Assembly (NCBI GenBank): GCA_043739185.1
Contig: JAYUEN010000332.1
Location: forward strand, 112,194-176,193
Source: Bdellovibrionales bacterium
GTDB taxonomy: Bacteria; Bdellovibrionota; Bdellovibrionia; Bdellovibrionales; JAMPXM01
Direction of reading: 5' to 3'
Length of the DNA stretch: 64,000 nucleotides
Shown here: positions 59,024 through 64,000 of the stretch, in pieces
How positions within the stretch are numbered: position 1 is the first letter of the stretch
Layout: every line of letters starts with the position of its first letter
Position numbers and translations under genes: made by a program
Notes under the pieces: model-generated
Database searches by the model: none
What the model saw: only the letters and a program-made list of their open reading frames with translations
Told to the model about the DNA's origin: nothing

Positions 59024-59129
59024 CAGTCAACGGTAGCTGATTCAGAATCAGAATCGGCAAACAGTCACACTGTAGACTGAAACCGTCAAACGCTTTACCG
59101 CTGCTGCGGCCACGAAAACTGATTTTAAA
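59024..59129 (+). repeat. Dispersed intergenic repeat, copy D (core 59070-59129, most diverged)
   Basis: agactgaaaccgtcaaacgctttaccgctgctgcggccacgaaaactgattttaaa; upstream cagtcaacggtagctgattcagaatcag matches copy C. Confidence 0.8.
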
Positions 59130-59285
59130 ACTAGTGTAGAAACAGTCCCCATCAAAAGAAGAATGCACCTTTTGGGTGTTTAAGCCTTGTCAAAGTAAAC
59201 ACCTATTTGGCGATATTCTTTAACTCGTTTAAAATCAAATCCTTAAATTGTATTTTGTTATAAATCAGCCCATTTCTAATTTGGA

Positions 59286-59348
59286 GTTTCAAAATGAAAC
59301 ACTAAAAAACTCAATAAATTGCGCTGTCTTTTTGGTATCCAATTTGCA
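59286..59348 (+). promoter_or_regulatory. Candidate sigma54 promoter with upstream palindrome
   Basis: TGGTAT-CCAAT-TTGCA (GG-N10-GC) at 59333-59348; GTTTCA-AAA-TGAAAC at 59286-59300. Confidence 0.55.
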
Positions 59349-59375
59349 CTTTAAAATAGATTAAGAGGAAAACCT

Positions 59376-59579
59376 GTGAAAAAATTTATTGTCTATTCAG
59401 CCGTAGGAACTTTGTTAATGTTAAGTAATTCGATTTCAATAACTTTAGTTGAAGACTCAAGCCGATTGCATCTGGCGCAATGGTCAAGCGATTCTTCAAT
59501 GTTTGCTCTCGCTGGTGATAGCGAAGCAGCTGGGGACAATGGCAGCAGCCCTGGCAGTGATAGTGGCGCTGGTGAGTAG
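59376..59579 (+). CDS. Small exported peptide (67 aa) with Gly/Ser/Asp-rich tail
   Basis: AGAGGA RBS, GTG start, MKK-hydrophobic N-terminus, sigma54-like promoter. Confidence 0.55.
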   Translation: MKKFIVYSAVGTLLMLSNSISITLVEDSSRLHLAQWSSDSSMFALAGDSEAAGDNGSSPGSDSGAGE

Positions 59580-59807
59580 AGCTGGTTAAACGATTGTTCT
59601 CACTTAAACCAAACAAGCTCTCTTTTAAAATTATAAATTTAGTTAAATTGAAAAGAGTTCGAAAAACATTGAGAAACTCAATCAATCTTTCCTCAAATTC
59701 TACCGAGCACCGCATCTATTCTATTGTGCATAACAAAATGAGCTATATTTTTAGTTCTGTTCGTATTTAAATAAATAATTGAAACATAATTTAAGGTTAT
59801 TCTTTAT

Positions 59808-60617
59808 ATGGTGAGCCCATTTGAATTTGATAGCTATCGCTCTTATTTGAACGCAGTCTGCGAAGAAGAAGGTGCCCCGCGCGGATACCGCGCGACTTTG
59901 GCGCGCGAAGCGGGCTGCCAAGCCTCGTACTTTTCTCAAGTTCTTAAGGGTCGTGTTCATCTAAACGAAGACCAGCTTCTCGGACTTGCAAATTATTTGA
60001 TGTTGACGGCCTCTGATATCGAATTTGTTCTCTTGCTCCTGAGGCATGAGCGAGCCGCGACCGCGAAATTAAGAGAATACCTTTATCAGTTGATGATGTC
60101 AGCTCGAGATGGGCGCCGCAAACATAAATTTAACATTGATAATAAAGGGAATATTCGCGACTCCGAAATACAAGCTGTTTATATCAGTTCATGGATTTAT
60201 TGTGCTGTTCACCTATTGACGAGCAGTCCAAACTTTCAGACCGTTGAGACTCTTGCCGAGCGGCTTTCAATTCCCGACGAAAAAATAAGAGAAATTTTGA
60301 AGTTTTTAGAGCGCTCCGGACTCGTTGAGAAAAAATCAAATCGATGGTCATACAAGCATGGTATTGCACAGCTCACATCAGATTCACCACTTCAACCTCT
60401 ATTGCAAGCATCTCGAAGAGAAATTGTCTCAAGATCGCTGCAAATGAAAACACCTGGTGCACTACATTTTTCATCTATGTTTGGCTGCGATGAAGCTGGA
60501 CTGAAAGAAATTCAAGACTTGTTTGTGAAACTAATTGAAAAATCCCATAAAATTATCGAAAAAGCTGAGTTCAAGACTCTGTCTTGTATGTGCATTGATT
60601 TTTTCGAAGTTGTTTAA
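59808..60617 (+). CDS. TIGR02147 / DUF4423-family putative DNA-binding protein
   Basis: F.FDSYRSYL, HTH-like LAREAGCQASYFSQVLKG, SSWIYCAVH, winged-helix L.FLERSGLV, C-terminal CIDFF. Confidence 0.75.
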   Translation: MVSPFEFDSYRSYLNAVCEEEGAPRGYRATLAREAGCQASYFSQVLKGRVHLNEDQLLGLANYLMLTASDIEFVLLLLRHERAATAKLREYLYQLMMSARDGRRKHKFNIDNKGNIRDSEIQAVYISSWIYCAVHLLTSSPNFQTVETLAERLSIPDEKIREILKFLERSGLVEKKSNRWSYKHGIAQLTSDSPLQPLLQASRREIVSRSLQMKTPGALHFSSMFGCDEAGLKEIQDLFVKLIEKSHKIIEKAEFKTLSCMCIDFFEVV

Positions 60618-60768
60618 AATTAAGCTCACTTCTGAATTCTTAATTCAAAACCTCACCTTACAAAATTAGAAATTCTTTTTTAAAAGTCTTGAGTTTATTT
60701 TTTGAAATGTTCGACCACATTTTTGAAAATGAATGGTTCATTCAATTCTGCAAAATTCCCAATCTACT

Positions 60769-60901
60769 TTCCTGTATTTTTAATACAGGAAGAGCCGGTA
60801 ATATTTACAAAGTTTATATGGTGCGGGGCGTTAAATTGGGGTAGGATCAGTCTGAATTGATTAGAACAATAAACTTTAAAGTCTAAGGCACTGAAGTTGC
60901 C
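60769..60901 (+). promoter_or_regulatory. Candidate sigma54 promoter with palindrome about 100 bp upstream
   Basis: AGGCAC-TGAAG-TTGC at 60886-60900; TTCCTGTATT-TTT-AATACAGGAA at 60769-60791. Confidence 0.5.
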
Positions 60902-60941
60902 AATGATTTTATTGATAATTTAGGCCTGAAATTGGGAATTT

Positions 60942-62210
60942 ATGAAGAGTCCACTTATCAAAATTTGCATATGCCTTTCTTTTATTTGTGGCCAAACCAA
61001 TGCCTTGGGATCGTCATTTTTTGAACCAATTTGTAAATTAAAAAGCGCAAATTTTTCGAGCGTCGAACTCTCTTTGCCTGAAGACGAAAAAATTCAAATT
61101 GAAGCTCGCGAATTTTTTAAGGCCTTGGGAGAACGAATTTTAGGTGAGCTTAAGCAAAATGAAAAGGCATTGCTCGTGATGTCTGAATGTCTCAAATTTA
61201 ATTCATCCGCTGCGATTTTAGAAAATGAGAGCTTTGCCTGTGAACCAAGTAAGATTTTTTTTAAAAATGTCTTCCCGACCCTAGTTAGGCTTTCTCGAAT
61301 TGAGTTAGCTATGGCATACGGTCCAGTCCCAGGCACTGAAAGTACGGGTCTCAATGTCAATCTACGTTCTCCGGTAGATTATCAATTTCATGATCGAGAA
61401 ATACTTTCTTCAAATGAGCTATTAACTGTAAATGCAATTTGGACTCAGGAATTGGCCAAAGAGCGAAAGCAGGTAGAGTTTGAATCAAGTAAAATAAGAG
61501 AGTCAAAAATAATTGCCGATGAACAAGGTTTTTTTAGATCTAATTACTATTCAAAAATTAGTGCATTACGCGAAATTCATCACTCCAATTACCGAGTCTA
61601 TCTGCAAAACTTTCTTTTGCTTTCAATGATGAAATCTGAAAGCCCAAGCACCTCAGAAATTCTTGATGGCATTGAGGAATTACATAAAAACAATCAGCTT
61701 GAGCAAAAAAAGATTGCCGATAAGATTCGTTGGCTTCAACAATCAGGGCTACCTGTCGACAGCTCTGCCCTGGCATTAGTTCAGTATATCCTCCCGACTA
61801 GCGAAACTCTTTTTGCCAATAGAAGTTTTTGTCAGATCGCGATGCATGCCGAGAAAATTCTAGAAAATAGAGAAAAGTTCGAATCTTATGCAGGTCTATC
61901 TCTAGTTGCCTTTAGTCTCCTGACTCCACCAGCGTGGGCATTTGGGATTGGTCTAGCGACTTCTGGATTTTGGCTTGGCAAATCAGTACAAAATTATCAA
62001 AGGCTTCAGCAGTCTGCATTCGTAGGGGCTTATGGTGCTGATGCCATTCTGAGCTTGAAGGAGCTTCGTTCTGAGCAAACTGACTTTAATTTTCAAATTG
62101 TAACTTTGCCGCTGATTTTTATCGGTGGTTCAAGTTTGAAATACGTCGCTCGAAATGTCATGACCGAACTTTTTAATTTTAAGTCACTAATATTGAAAAC
62201 TAAAACATAG
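60942..62210 (+). CDS. Hypothetical exported helical protein with C-terminal hydrophobic segments
   Basis: 422-aa ORF, signal peptide, hydrophobic AGLSLVAFSLL..AWAFGIGL. Confidence 0.7.
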   Translation: MKSPLIKICICLSFICGQTNALGSSFFEPICKLKSANFSSVELSLPEDEKIQIEAREFFKALGERILGELKQNEKALLVMSECLKFNSSAAILENESFACEPSKIFFKNVFPTLVRLSRIELAMAYGPVPGTESTGLNVNLRSPVDYQFHDREILSSNELLTVNAIWTQELAKERKQVEFESSKIRESKIIADEQGFFRSNYYSKISALREIHHSNYRVYLQNFLLLSMMKSESPSTSEILDGIEELHKNNQLEQKKIADKIRWLQQSGLPVDSSALALVQYILPTSETLFANRSFCQIAMHAEKILENREKFESYAGLSLVAFSLLTPPAWAFGIGLATSGFWLGKSVQNYQRLQQSAFVGAYGADAILSLKELRSEQTDFNFQIVTLPLIFIGGSSLKYVARNVMTELFNFKSLILKTKT

Positions 62211-62219
62211 GAGATAAAT

Positions 62220-63176
62220 ATGAAACTTTTTAATAAAACAGTATTGCTTTTGCTAATCGCAACTACATCCCATGCCTTTGACAATACCGATACGGCTCTG
62301 ACGGGAGTTGCCGCAGGAGGATATGGTGCCGGATACGTTTTAAGCCAAAGTGTATTGCCTGAGAACCAAATGCCGACATTGCTTCAGCTGCATGATCTAA
62401 ATGCGGCTGACTTGAGACCTCTTCCTATGATAACTAGGGCTTCACTTGAAGCTGAGCCAATGGGTTGGCAGGTATATAACAATATTTATAACAGATTTGA
62501 TCTGCCAGGTAATGGCGTGTTACCTCGAGCTTTCAGTTACGAAATAAACCTTAGCCATTACTCAATGAATCGTGTGACCGGAAACGAAATTGCAGAAACT
62601 CTTGCACATTTTGGTGAAAATTCTAATGTTACAATTAGATACATTACCGTAAGTTATAAGTGGGAGGTATATACTACGTTTGCGGCGAATTTCATGTACC
62701 CTACTAACCATGAATTCACTGGAGACTTAAGAGCGGCACGCATTTTTTTGAATAATCCACCACCACATCTTGTGCAAATGGATCTAAATGTTTATCCAGC
62801 AATTAATATAAATGCGAAGAAAATTACAGATGCAGAAATTAGTGCGAAAAATGAAGCCATTTCGCGAGTGAATGCTCAAAGAAAAGATCTCTTGCAAAGA
62901 ATGCAAACTGAAAACATCGAATTTGTAAAAGCAAATGCCGAGATGACAAAAATTGGAGCTGAGACGGCCGCAGCTAACACCTTAATCAGAGCTTCAAATG
63001 CGAAGATTTTAATGCGAGCAAGATCTTTAGCAATTCTGGCCTCAGCCGCAGTGGGAATGATTGTTATGAGAGATAAATTTGGCGCTGAACAAGCAAGTCT
63101 TTGCCAAGACGATGTATGCAAACGTTTGTTGGAGATGCAAAGACAATCTGCCGAAGCGATGCTTGGGAAAAAATAG
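62220..63176 (+). CDS. Hypothetical exported protein
   Basis: AGGAG RBS, signal peptide ending SHA, C-terminal coiled coil and hydrophobic helix. Confidence 0.72.
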   Translation: MKLFNKTVLLLLIATTSHAFDNTDTALTGVAAGGYGAGYVLSQSVLPENQMPTLLQLHDLNAADLRPLPMITRASLEAEPMGWQVYNNIYNRFDLPGNGVLPRAFSYEINLSHYSMNRVTGNEIAETLAHFGENSNVTIRYITVSYKWEVYTTFAANFMYPTNHEFTGDLRAARIFLNNPPPHLVQMDLNVYPAININAKKITDAEISAKNEAISRVNAQRKDLLQRMQTENIEFVKANAEMTKIGAETAAANTLIRASNAKILMRARSLAILASAAVGMIVMRDKFGAEQASLCQDDVCKRLLEMQRQSAEAMLGKK

Positions 63177-63277
63177 TTAATTAATCTAAATAAATGTGTG
63201 CTGCGCCTTGGAGAAGCCGATTGTCGGCTTCCCAAGAAAATGGCCCGGCATTTAAGTTCTAAAAACAGGAGAAAAAT

Positions 63278-63610
63278 ATGAAGAAATTTTTGCTTTTAAT
63301 AGTGATGATGGCATCAACCAATGCGTTTGCCAAATCGGTATCAATGAATCTCGAAAAAGTAGAATGTGTGAAGTGGATCGATTCGGACATACAGTGTCGC
63401 CCAACAAAGGGAACACATAGTGATCCCTTTTTTCAATGGTCGTATACCAATGGCTACTTCTGTGAAGTAAATGTCATTTATAAATCGCGAGATAAAGCAG
63501 ATTTATCTACGGGTAGAATTTTTGAAGCAGAAAAAAGCGAATCTGAAACAAAGCGGATGCTTGAGGAAAATGATCTTAAGTATTTAAGATCTCTTCCCGC
63601 GTGCAATTAA
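63278..63610 (+). CDS. Small secreted Cys-containing hypothetical protein
   Basis: AGGAG RBS, MKK signal peptide ending AFA, 4 Cys. Confidence 0.72.
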   Translation: MKKFLLLIVMMASTNAFAKSVSMNLEKVECVKWIDSDIQCRPTKGTHSDPFFQWSYTNGYFCEVNVIYKSRDKADLSTGRIFEAEKSESETKRMLEENDLKYLRSLPACN

Positions 63611-64000
63611 CCTATTTTATAATACAGAACTTTGTTAATTGTACTTTACTATACCAATTTAAATTTGCAAAGCTGGCTTCAGTTGGGCCAGCTCATTTGG
63701 TAAATTCATTCAGCCTTTCAATATCAATGCTCCCAGAGCAACGTAAAGCCCATAGTATAGAATCGTCGCCACGGTCCAAATCAGAAGCACAATAAAAAGA
63801 ATGCCTGTCTCAGACCGAATTGAAACAATTGTTGTAAAAACCAATACTAAAATAGCGAGAAGCCAAGGTGTTAAAAATAAAATTTTTGAATATGTAGACA
63901 GAAAATCGAAAAAGAAAAATAGTAACTGCTCAGGTTCCTACGCAAGAGTCGGCGCTTGATTGATTAGTGCTGCATGAATTGCTCCGAGAGTTGGGTGACC

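Noticed and set aside
6579..59129. The four 60-bp repeats as a CRISPR array or IS ends
   Set aside because: Dispersed over kilobases, with no spacers, cas genes, transposase or terminal inverted repeats
60772..60788. CTG...CAG palindrome as an E. coli-type LexA box
   Set aside because: Spacer is 11 nt rather than 10, and that consensus need not apply to this lineage
63207..63236. Stem-loop as an intrinsic terminator
   Set aside because: No U-tract follows it on either strand
1..64000. tRNA or rRNA genes
   Set aside because: The GTTCGA-like hits examined lie within CDSs or lack cloverleaf context; no rRNA-like segments seen

Overview
Chromosomal window from a bacterium whose gene content suggests Bdellovibrionota/Oligoflexia (a TIGR02147/DUF4423-type gene, SWIB protein, many orphan exported proteins). 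The taxonomy is inferred, not proven. The core is a minus-strand dcw cluster: rsmH-ftsL-ftsI-murE-murF-mraY-murD-[101-nt hairpin + small ORF]-ftsW-murG-murC-murB-[bdh / MetX-like esterase]-ftsQ-ftsA-ftsZ-lpxH, with no mraZ or ddl. Also present: an M3 peptidase-nadK-recN run, tdk-hpt, dacB with an SLT-LysM transglycosylase, motA-motB-lspA(HAMP fusion), dsbD, rluB-gloB, two RRM proteins, a LysR-linked four-enzyme operon and an orphan-rich region at about 53.9-64 kb. No rRNA, tRNA, CRISPR array or transposase was seen. Most notable: (1) a 60-bp intergenic repeat in four copies, with substitutions concentrated at every third position; (2) a 716-aa protein after recN with a strict 11/22/29-residue Trp ladder over 380 aa; (3) an orphan homolog of the T6SS immunity protein Tsi2; (4) a signal peptidase II-HAMP fusion behind a motAB pair whose MotB lacks canonical PG-binding motifs; (5) structured non-coding elements, including an SD-sequestering hairpin and a terminator inside lpxH. 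All family calls come from motif recognition; no database search was run.
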